Source: Peribolospora baueri
Lineage: Eukaryota
Assembly (NCBI GenBank): GCA_029717555.1
Contig: JAMDHS010000017.1
Span: forward strand, 124,001 to 188,000
Direction: 5' to 3'
DNA: 64,000 nucleotides
The notes below the pieces were generated by a model, which was not told where the DNA came from, did no database searches, and was given only the letters and a program-made list of their open reading frames with translations. Position numbers and translations under genes: made by a program. Positions 49,374-59,655 of the stretch are shown here, in pieces (the first letter of the stretch is position 1; each line of letters starts with the position of its first letter).

Positions 49374-50768
49374 ATGCTCTACGTGATCGGACTCGGCCTC
49401 GCAGACGAGCGGGACATCACCGTCAAGGGCCTCGAGGCCGTCAAAAGGTCCTCAAAAGTGTATCTCGAGGCGTACACTTCCATCTTGATGTGCGACGTGA
49501 AAAAGCTGGTGCGTTGCGGTGTCGCGAATACAGTTCCCCCTTCCGGCTACTTTCAACAGTGGATGATGGAACGAGAACTCTCTCGCTGATCGACCCTTGC
49601 CGCTTGTGGACCGGCCGTCCATCGCCTTCGCACCAGGAAGAATTTTACGGCAAGTCAGTGATCGTAGCGGATCGAGACCTCGTGGAGACGCAGAGCGACG
49701 ATATCCTGTCCACCGCCGCCGTGGAGGACGTTTCCTTCCTCGTCGTCGGTGACCCGTTGGGGTGGGTTTGCCCTTTTGGCTGGCTGCATGCCGTCACTAG
49801 CCCGTGGCTCGATGCTCATAGGTTTCTCTCGCCCCACGGAATGGCAGCGCGACGACCCACACGGACCTAATCATCCGCGCACGCAGTCTAACCCCGCCAG
49901 TGCCCTACCGCATTATCCACAATGCGAGCATAATGAACGCAATAGGCTGCTCCGGTCTCCAGCTCTACAACTTTGGCCAGACCGTCTCCGTGCCCTTCTA
50001 CACCGATTCCTGGCGACCCCATAGCTGGTACCCGCGCGTTAGGGAGAACGTGCAGCTGGGGATGCACACGCTCGTGTTGGGAGACATCAAGGTAAAGGAG
50101 CAGAGCGAGGAGAATATGGCAAGGCGAGTGGAATCGCGCTGGGTCCGCCTGCGTCTCATCTCACTTGTCGGGGAAAAAAAATAAAAATAAAAATAAAAAT
50201 AAAAATAAAAATAAAAATAAAAATAAAAATAAAAATAAAAAACCGTTCATATATTGACCGAGGATCTCCCATCCTCGCCCGCAGAGGCCGCAAGATCTTT
50301 GAGCCGCCACGCTACATGCTCGTACCGACGCTCATCGATCAGATGCTCCAGGCCGAGGCAGATCAAGGGGACGGCACGCTCTCGGCGGACCGTACGCTCG
50401 CCATCGCCGTTTGCAGGGTGGGGGCGAGCGATCAGCGCATCCTCGCCGGCACGCTCGGGGAGCTTCTGGCGCTCGACAGGTCGACCGGCGCTAATTCGAC
50501 AGACAAAAAAGAGGGAGAAGTAGAGGAGGAGGAGGACGAAGACGAAGACGACGACAGCCTACCCCGAGACGCCGCCACGCGCGCGTCCATCCTCGCACTG
50601 CGAAGAGCATACCAAGACCCGTCCTACCCTTTCGGCCCGCCGCTGCACAGCCTTCTCCTCGTCGGACGGAGGCTGCATCCGCTCGAGAGTGACTTCGCAC
50701 AGGCGTTCGCCGTCGAGGGCAGTCGGTGGGCGGAGGTCGCGAGGGACGTGTATGGGTGTAAGGAGTGA
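49374..50768 (+). CDS. DPH5: Diphthine methyl ester synthase
   Basis: [61 protein letters not shown]. Confidence 0.96.
50174..50242. repeat. (AAAAAT)10 repeat inside a DPH5 intron
   Basis: T every 6 nt from 50182 to 50236. Confidence 0.95.
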
Positions 50769-51052
50769 GGGAAGAAGGGGGCGGTAAATGTCTTGTCTGA
50801 ATGCGAATCCGATTGCCACTGGAGTGGCTTTCTGACGACAAATCAGATTTGGGAGCACAAAGTGCGTGCCACTTCAACGCGGTTCAAACAGCCTCGCAGC
50901 AGTCCCAGGTGCTCTCAAGTCTTCGAAGCAAAAGTCCATCAAATTGGATTTTCAGATATGTATGCGCGCGCTTTACTCTCATCGCAGCAGACTGGAGTTC
51001 CTTCAGAATCGGCGATCTAGACTTGAAGGACGTCGAGCGACTGGGCGGTATT

Positions 51053-52479
51053 TCAGAGGAATAAGCGGAAAGGATAACCTGACGGATGTGGAACAACCAC
51101 CATGTCAGAAAGCAATGCCAATAAAATCGAGAGCTTCAATCAGAGCAGGCGACATCCGAGAGCCTACTTACCCCCGTTCTTCATCCTGAACACGTTGATG
51201 AGCACGGAAAAGACGAAGAGGAGGACGCCGGACCAGATATAGACGCCCAGACGCTGGCGGAAGGGGTCGGTCTGCTTTGGAACGAGGATGGTGAGGGCGA
51301 TCACCGAGATAGAAAGGATGCCGTCTGCGAGCGTGGGAAGGAGAAGGGGCTAGGAAAGATCAGAGTCCGTTCCCTCGGCCACGCGCAGTGCGTCAAGGAA
51401 GCGGTCATATGAGGCGCGACGTACGCCCGAAGCGACGACGAGACTCACAGAGGGTGGCCACTATCTGTGTCTCCATCCCATACTGGTTCTGGAATCCAGC
51501 GGCAATATAGCTGACCGTGCCGTCAGGCCCAGCAGCCACATAGGGCGTTCCGCGAATGCGGTTCCACATGTACCCGCTGGTCATGACGAGGATCATGCCG
51601 AGCCCCAGAACCTGCCAGAGGTACTTGGAAGTGAGGACGAAGGTGAATGAGGAGAAAAAGACGGTGCCGATAAGAACGGCAATGGAGCCGATCACAAGGG
51701 CTGTGATGATCAAGCCGTAGGGAGGAGGTTTGCGAAAGGGAACCCGCCCTGAGATCTGCCCGGAGATCGTATCGGCGAGGTCACCGGCATCGAAGCCACT
51801 GTAAAGGGAGAAGTAAACGACCGTGGTGAACTGACATGAGCTTCTGGGCACAAGTGAGAGCGACGTCTCGGCGATCGACCCACAAGCGGTTGAAGTCATA
51901 TTCCACCGGATCGGTTTTGCCGGTCGCATACGGTCCTTCCGTTGGCGGATAAAAGTACAACATCGGAGCGTGCTGGAGGCCCATCTGTTCCACGAAACCG
52001 TCGAAGGGGCGAGCGTATGTTCGTAAGCATGCACTGTCATAAAAATTTGGAGAAGACGGGAATGAAAGCGTTGGGATGATGGAACCCACCCGCTGGAAGA
52101 TCTCCTTTCCATTCATAAAGTCCAGGCGACCGAAAATGTGCCTCTCCTTCTCAGGCGATTTCTGCCATGCCTTGGCGACGAGATTGTACTCGGGGTCAAA
52201 TTGGCGGCAAGGGTGGCATTTAAAGAGCGGGTCGGTGGCCGTCAGGAGCATGGAGACGGAGTAGTTCCTGGGGCGGGCGATGAACTCGTCGAAGCTGTGC
52301 AGGTCCAGCTTGACCACGCCGCCCTCTTGCGCAGCGCGCTCGTTGAACTTGGCCTGTCGCTCCGCCGGGAAAGAGGCTGCGCGCCCGTGGGCATGGGCCC
52401 CGGCATGAGCGGAGACAAGGCCGAGGGCGACGAGGCAGGTAAGGAGGAAAAAGAAGAGAGGGGGTAGCCGGCTCGTCAT
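51053..52479 (-). CDS. OST3: Oligosaccharyltransferase subunit OST3/OST6 family
   Basis: Signal peptide; thioredoxin-like CHPC; TSGYMWNRIRGTPY; GFQNQYGMETQIV; KNGGYPFRLFL*. Confidence 0.93.
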
Positions 52480-52661
52480 GTTGGTCGCACTCGGTCAGGA
52501 ATCGACGCTCGTCCAGCCGACCTTCTAGTCAGCCAGCGCAACCGCCATTGCTGCGGCGACCCTGTCGGTGCGAAGTTCCGAGGCAACCCCTCAGCGTTCG
52601 CCTGGTTCTCCTTGACTCGCAACCACGAAGAAGGCGACTGCGACGATGGTACGCCATCGAC

Positions 52662-53906
52662 ATGTCCAGCTTTACCGTTTTTCTAGACCCTCCCACGAAA
52701 AGCGAGCTCAGCGTCGAGGTGCCGCCGTCAGGTGCTCGCGCCATCCCTGATTATTTCCGGACCCATATAAATGCTCTCGGCGAACACGAGTCGCTGACTT
52801 GGCCTCCTCCACCGGAGGTGTTCGAACCGGCCGCCATCGAGAGGGAGCACGCTTGCCAGGGAAGTGTGTTTGCCCCTCCGAAACGCCAAGCTCGACCTGC
52901 CGACGTTAACCTGACCGAGTACACTCGCTTGGGAGATGCAAGGAACGAAGTCGCGACCGCTCAAGGTCTCTACGCCGGCGTCATCTTCGGTGACGAGGAA
53001 GAGCACTCGTTAGCAGTCGTGGACAATCAGAGGGACACGACGCCTGACAGTCAATGGTATCGGTGTGTACCTGAACAGCAAGGTACTCATCTGTTCTATG
53101 GAGTAGAGGTAACGAAGACCGCGAGAGAGCTGCTGTCGGGAAGGATCAACGCACTCACATGGACCCGACTTTTTTTTTTCTCAGTCTCGGACATGGCGCC
53201 CCCAAGTCGCTCGGCGTCTCTCACTTGCTCTTTCCTGGACACGTCCCGTCCAGACACCACAAGGGTTTCTCTCAGCCAAAGCTCGTCCAGCCGCGAAGTT
53301 TCGACCTCAGATGAGACCACCCTCCCGCCCTTGCCTATTTTCGCGTTCGCCCTGGATCACCTCTCTCTCATTTCCACCATCCGCTCCCAACCCATCCGAG
53401 GCCACAAGTCTGGCGGGAAGGTCAACCTCCTGGTGAAGCTGTTACACGTCGAGGATGCGCAGCAGGTCACGACGAGGGACGGAAGGAGGATAAGCATGGG
53501 CAAGATGGTCGTCATGGACGAGAAGAAGAGCCTGTTGAAGGTCACTCTTTGGGGTGAGGTCGCTGATGAGTGGACGGAGGCGATGAGGAGCGGAGACGTC
53601 GTGTACATGCAGGGTGAGCAGGCGCCGGTCCGTCTCTTTATTTTCGCCGCCTCGTGCTGTCTGTGATGATGGCCCCCTTGTCCCCACTGTCGCACCTACA
53701 ATGCTACCATCGCATCAGGGATAGCCATTTCGACCTACCAAAACGTACTCCAAGGCACCGCCTCAGTCCGAAACCCATCCCGCTACCAGATCTGCTACCG
53801 ATCCAAAGTATACGACCGCTCCGACAAGCGGTACAACTTCGACCTACGTTTTGCGGAAATGGACTTGCGCGCTGCCAAGGTCAAGCAGCTCGTGAGAATG
53901 TTGTAG
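52662..53906 (+). CDS. OB-fold ssDNA-binding-like protein resembling shieldin subunit SHLD2 (N-terminal motif plus first OB fold)
   Basis: MSSFTVFLDPP; KVNLLVKLLHV...VVMDEKKSLLKVTLWGEVADEW...RSGDVVYMQ|GIAISTYQNVLQGTAS...YQICYR...*; intron 53614-53718. Confidence 0.6.
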
Positions 53907-54347
53907 ACGGCCTGCCTGTTCGAAGTCCATGTTCATCAAGGGTCCGGAAAAGTTGCGTCGGTCCGATGGGCATCTCGGGCGAAGCCCAATCTTTTTCTTT
54001 CCTGAAAGCGGAACTTGTCTTCAAGTGCGTGCGTCCCAGTCAACTCGTATCATCATCACGGACCCATCGAGGAACGTCCCACTATGGAGACAAAAAAGGT
54101 CGCTAAGTAAACTGGCGACGGGTATTATATTATTGCATCATTCGACAAAGTCTCCCTGTATAGACAAAATGTACCGAACTCATAACCACCCCCCATTTTG
54201 AGATCTACCCCGCTCGCGCAGGCAGCATGTGCATGCCAGTCCGAGGAACCGGCCAGACCGTCAACACTCGGTTCAAGCGAGCAAACAAACAAAGAACGAA
54301 GAACGGACGCTCGACCGTCACCCTTGCCTCTCGCTCGCCCCCCACAC

Positions 54348-56539
54348 TCAAACGCTCCGGTTGACAGAGTCCTCCTCCAATTTCTCTTTCGCCCAAAGCA
54401 GCTCCGCCCTGCGCGTTACGACGGCGCGGAGGTTCTCCATCTTGTCGCAGAGGTCTCGGGAAAGGTAGGTCACCTCTTCGCCGTCCTTCGTCCAGCGGAG
54501 AGGCTCGGAGGCGGGAATGTGGCCGTTGCCTGTAAGGTGGCCGTTGGCGTGGCCGTTGGCGTGGCCGTTGGCATGGCCGTTGGCGTGGCCGTTGGCATGG
54601 CCGTTGGCGTGGCCGTTGGCATGGCCGTTGGCGTGGCCGTCGGCATGGCCGTTGGCGTGGCCGTTGGCGTGGCCGTTGGCATGGCCGTTGGCGTGGCCGT
54701 TGGCATGGCCGTTGGCGTGGCCGTTGGCGTGGCCGTTGGCATGGCCGTTGGCGATGGCGGTGCTGTAACCTTGCTCATTCTCCTTCACGCCAACAACGAC
54801 CTTCCCAGACGATCTGGCTGAGTCGACCTTCCAACCGTCCATGCTACTTTGCCCGACATAAGCGCGCCCCAAAACGTCGCAGCAAGAACGGTAAAGGGTG
54901 GTGCGGTCGAGGCAAGAGGAGGGGGCGAGGGAGGCGTGGGAGATTGCGATGGCGCCTTTTTCGTAAGTGATCGGATGGTTCGGCGAGAACATGTAGCGGG
55001 CCTTTAGGGGCGCAGAGTAAGGAAGGCGAGAAAGCGGTGAGTCGAGGTCTGCCGGAGACGCGGGCCCAGACCCGAGTAGAGCACGTAGGCTTTTCGCGAT
55101 GACGAAGAGACGGCTACACGACTCACCAAGTAAAACACAATCGTCATGAACCAAGCGGTGACGGGGTTGAGGAACTCTGCGAAGATGTTGGTTGCCACGA
55201 CGCCGGGATGAACGTTATAGCTCTCCACTCTTGCCGCTTTTGGCCCCGTTCCCTCTTTCTCCCCCTCCTCTGCCGCCTCCCGCTCTTGCCTGTCCCGCCG
55301 CTCGAGCTCGCGCTCGATCTCGGGTCGGTGCGCCTCGATGAATCCATCAGCAACGTCCTGGAAAGCGAGACCCGCGAGCTCGCACTGGAACTTGGAGCTC
55401 TCGTAGGACTTGTTCGTTTTAAGGCACTGGTAGTCCTCCGGGTCGTAGAACTTGCGCATGGCTTCAATTGAGGCAACCCAGACGACGCGGGAGAGGCCGT
55501 AGGGGGAGCGGGCGAGGTGCGGGAGCAGGGAGTTGGCCTGGGAGGAGGAGGATAAGGCGAGAGAGTCAGGATATGGCATGGCAAAGACAGCATGCATCGA
55601 CCTCCTTCCTCGTCCGCTTTCTGCCCTCGCAAGGACGACAACCACTCACCAACAGCCAATGTCCGAAAACATTACATTGCCACACCCATCCGAGCCCTTC
55701 GTCGCTCAGATCGCCCGTCCTCTGTAGCTTGTAGGATGGATAGGTGACGGCCGAGGGGAGGCCGGTGAGGATCTTCCAGATGGCCAAGGGCCAGTTTAAG
55801 CCAGACCAGGCGGCCGTCCCGGCGTTGAGAACAACATGTGTTATGTAGGGATATCTGACGGACGGCGATCGAGCGGCAAGGCGGAGGGGCGTTAGCGGAA
55901 AGGGAGCTGCGTAGAGGACGAACGATGAGAAGGACGAGCTCACCTCGCAAGGACCTCCTTGGCGCAAAAGAGTACCGACTCGGAGGAGCTGAGGTCGCAG
56001 CCCACGAACTCGATCCTGAGCCCCTTTTTGAACCTCGCTAGGTGATCCCTCTCCTCAGAGCTGCAGCCGGCGCTGGTCTTCCTAACGTGCTCGTCGAAGA
56101 AGGCCAACAGCCGCTTGCGGGCTTTGTGGGCCTTGATGGTATTGCGGCAGGCAAGGATGAGCGTCGCGCCGTCCGGTGCAGGGAAGGAAGAGTCCGGAAA
56201 GACGGAAGAGGAGAGAGACTTGGTAGAGAAGGGGAGCGAGCGCTGGTCAGCGATGGTGTCTGGTGGATGGGGAGAGGAAAGCTGGACGAGGAGACGATTG
56301 CAGACTCCAAAGCCTACGCCACTGCACGATGACAAACGAAGGAGGAACGAGGATAAGAGGAGGATGTCGGTCGAGCAGCGGCGAGCGTTGGATGTGCGAT
56401 GGACCGAGTCGTCAACGAGGGCCCCGCCGCGTGGAGACGTGCAGGTGATGGAGAAAAAGCGCGGGTCTCACCTGTTGGCGCCTGTGACCAGCACGATGGG
56501 CCTCTTGGGCTTGCAAGACGAGGATGCGAGGGATGACAT
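54348..56539 (-). CDS. ERG27: 3-keto-steroid reductase (SDR); the start could be the in-frame ATG at 56590
   Basis: [69 protein letters not shown]. Confidence 0.9.
54537..54752. repeat. 18 x 12-bp coding minisatellite encoding (ANGH)n in ERG27
   Basis: [g/a]tggccgttggc units over 216 bp; one unit encodes ADGH. Confidence 0.97.
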
Positions 56540-56866
56540 GGTCGTTGTCGTCGTCGTTGCCGTCGTAGTCGTTGCCGTCGTCGTGGTCATGCCCTTTATG
56601 CCCTTCGGCAGGTCCCCTCCGAGTCGAGCGGAAGGGACGTTCAGTTGCTCGTCGGTCTTCCATGTCGCCCACTGCTGCGGCAATGCACCCTTCGGCCGGC
56701 GGCATACCGTGGGCCGAGTCGATCCATCTGATATTGTTGCATGCGTGGCAATCCCCGCCTAACTCCGACGGCTCCCGCCTCCCAACATATTCGCCGTGGC
56801 TATCTCGTTGACTCCGTTGGTTTACTCTACATGGAAACCAGAGATCTCCCTCGCGCTAACGTCGAG

Positions 56867-57575
56867 CACGTGAACGCGAGCCACAATGTTTGTGTCACGT
56901 GATTCCCTTCCGCCTGCTCCGTAGCCAATTCACCGTCTGTGACGGCTCCTTCCTTAACGGTGCACGGTTGAAGCGTTGCGGGCGAGAGTTTGTCTATGTC
57001 GGTGAACGTCGAGGACGGGGACGGAAACTGAGGGACGAGGGGCAGGGGTGTGGACAGGGAACTGGAGGAAACCTGAGAGGTGACAAAAGTATTCTTAGCT
57101 TGGGGAGAAAAGATGCGGACGCCCTGTCGAGCTCTCTATATATGTTGGAGATTGGCGGCGACGAGCACCGTGGTTAAGCGGCGGAAAGCGGACATGACTA
57201 TGTAGAAGGGCTGTGCTGTTACTGCGGTTTTCCTCTCCTCCTTTTTCCTCTCCCTCTGCAGTTCCCGTCCTTGTATGAGAACCCTGATGATCAAGTCAAG
57301 TAGTCTCTGAAAATGCGTCTGAAGCTAACCGTAATAACGACCCGTGAATGCTCATATCCAACAATATACACGTTCATGAGCCGGTGCAGCGCCGCAGCTC
57401 CTATGTTCTAGCCTCGCAACGCCACAACCCCCATGCTCCAGCCTTGCAACGCCACAACTCCTTTGTCCGAGCCTATGAACGCGAGGTTCTGAGCGGAGGT
57501 TTGAGAACACTCGAGGGCCGGTTGACCTTAGATGCAGGGTCGCGCGGGATCTCGAGCATCACGTGGCGGCACGTG
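56867..57575. promoter_or_regulatory. Cluster of four CACGTG E-boxes in the ERG27/PNPOx-like divergent promoter
   Basis: CACGTG at 56867, 56896, 57560 and 57570. Confidence 0.45.
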
Positions 57576-57775
57576 ATTTTCTGCGTGATTCTCTGCGCTT
57601 GTTATCTCTTGCCGCGAATTAACAAGGCGGGGCAGTGATAGGCCGAGGAGCTGGACATCTATCTATACAGCCGGCTAGGGCCCCGATCTGGAGAACGATC
57701 GCCAATAACTACCGCCATATCCCCACCTCCATCACCTTCGACGCTCGTCTCGAGCGTCCAGGTCGCGTAGACACG

Positions 57776-59337
57776 ATGGGCAAGTTCTATGACGGTGAGA
57801 GCCTACCCTCTGGTCCTGATTCCTATGGGTCACGGTGACACCGTCGGAGGTCCGAATATGCTAGTCTCATAGCGCACACCTTTGCGACGATAAAGATCAC
57901 GACAATACGAAAAAACCGAACATGCGACACTGACTTGAACGACAGCGCTCCCTCCCTCTTGATCTCCCTTCCGGGACTTCGTAGAAATTCCCGAGCACTA
58001 CATCAGTTGGATCCAGAAGCAGAAGGTGGGCGAGCTTGCCCCCTCTTCCTCCATGGCGGTGCGCGCCAATAGACGACCGAGCGGAGCGCTCGACCGTATG
58101 TGCTGTGCTTACCTCCTCCCTTCTCTGCTCCAGCTCTTCTGGGTCTCCACTGCTCCCCTCTCTGGTTCGGGACACGTGAACTGTAGCCCCAAATCCGCCG
58201 ATGGAGCTTTTGTCGTCGTCGATCAGAACCATGTTCGCTATGTCGACTTCACCGGCTCGGGTGCGTCGAGTCGAGTTGGCCTTTCCAAATGGGATCAGAG
58301 GTCCGATCAAACGCGACAAGACCAGTCTACGAGCTGTGGTGGAGATATGTCGGTCTGATGTCGGTCACTTCCCTCCTCCCTTTTACTTCCACACCCTCTT
58401 CTATTTTATCGATGATCTTCCACAGGCAATGAGACGATCTCTCACCTCTATGAGCCAGGCAACGGGCGCATCACGATCACTTTCTGCGCCTTCGAGGGAG
58501 CTCCTCTGATTTTGAGGCTTTTCGGAAAAGGTGGGTTGGGGACCGAGCGTCATCTGACCGAGTCGTCCATTTCGTCGTGTCTTCGTCCTTTTTCGTGCAC
58601 AGGTACGGTCACCGAGCGCCTCCTCACCAACGCTACTACCTTTGCATCCTACCTGCCGCCCTCCGCAACCGCAATCCCGCCGGGCACGCGCGCCGTGATC
58701 GACGTCAAGGTGCACAAAGTGGGCTCCTCGTGCGGGTTTAGTGTGCCACTGTACAACTACGTGGGCGAGAGGGACACTCTATTGCAGTGGGCTAAGAAGA
58801 AAGAAGCGGCGCCGTTAGAGAAGGAAGAGGAGCATAGAAAGGAGGGGAGTGGGCCGGAGGAGCCCAAGGCGGAAGAAGGGAATGGAAAGTTAATACGTAT
58901 GGAGAAGGGCCAGAAGAGGCCAGCAAGGAACAAGCTGGAGGAATACTGGGCTAAGAGTGAGTCGTCGGTGGGTCCTCGCTCTCGTTGAGCGCTCTGTTCT
59001 ACTGGGGAGGTTGTGTTGGAGACTTTTTCAAATGGCTCTTCTTACGCTCTCTTCCCCCCCCTTTCTTCATGACACTGGTTCTCACGATAAATCACGCGCC
59101 CCTGCGACTCGCTCGCCAGCGAACGCGACAAGCTTAGACGGTCTCCCCGGCCTCAAGATGGTCTCGCGCGCAAATAAAGGAGACGTGCTGCATCTTTCGC
59201 AGATAGCCGACCACGTCGGCCTCCTGTCTATGCTCCTCGCCGCGTTCGTCCTCGGCGCCGCCGTCAGCGGAGTCGCCATTCTGATCGTCGCGCGTGATTC
59301 CGTCGGCGCATTGAGAGCACGAGCTGAGCTGCGATGA
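57776..59337 (+). CDS. Pyridoxamine 5'-phosphate oxidase-like FMN-binding protein with C-terminal hydrophobic segment
   Basis: MGKFYD|EIP; FWVSTAPLSGSGHVNCSPK; YVDFTGSG|NETISHLYEPGNGRITITFCAFEGAPLILRLFG; KVGSSCGFSVPLY; SLDGLPGL. Confidence 0.9.
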
Positions 59338-59655
59338 TCCGACCTTGTTCTCCGGCGTAACTACATTGTCTGGTCGCTCCCCTGTCCCGTGCGCGCGTCA
59401 GTCTGTCTGCATGTCCCTATTCTCGATGGAGGTCGTAAAATTCTCGGCATCTGATAAGAAACGAGGATCGCAATGCAAGATCGAGCCGTGTCCGCCGTCG
59501 TCGCATCGGCAGCCATCCGCACGCGCATCTTCTTCGCCGCAGCTTCGATCACTTGCCGTTCCAGTCATCCTCCGCTCACCATCCCCAGCTCCTCTTCATC
59601 ACCCCCACCCCCACCCGTCATCCCTCCTCCTTCGATTCTCTCATGCCCAACCGAG

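Noticed and set aside
54537..54752. Possible CRISPR-like array
   Set aside because: No spacers; a coding minisatellite in a eukaryote.
12206..56539. Sterol gene cluster (RTA1-like, OSH1, ERG27)
   Set aside because: Spread over 44 kb among unrelated housekeeping genes.
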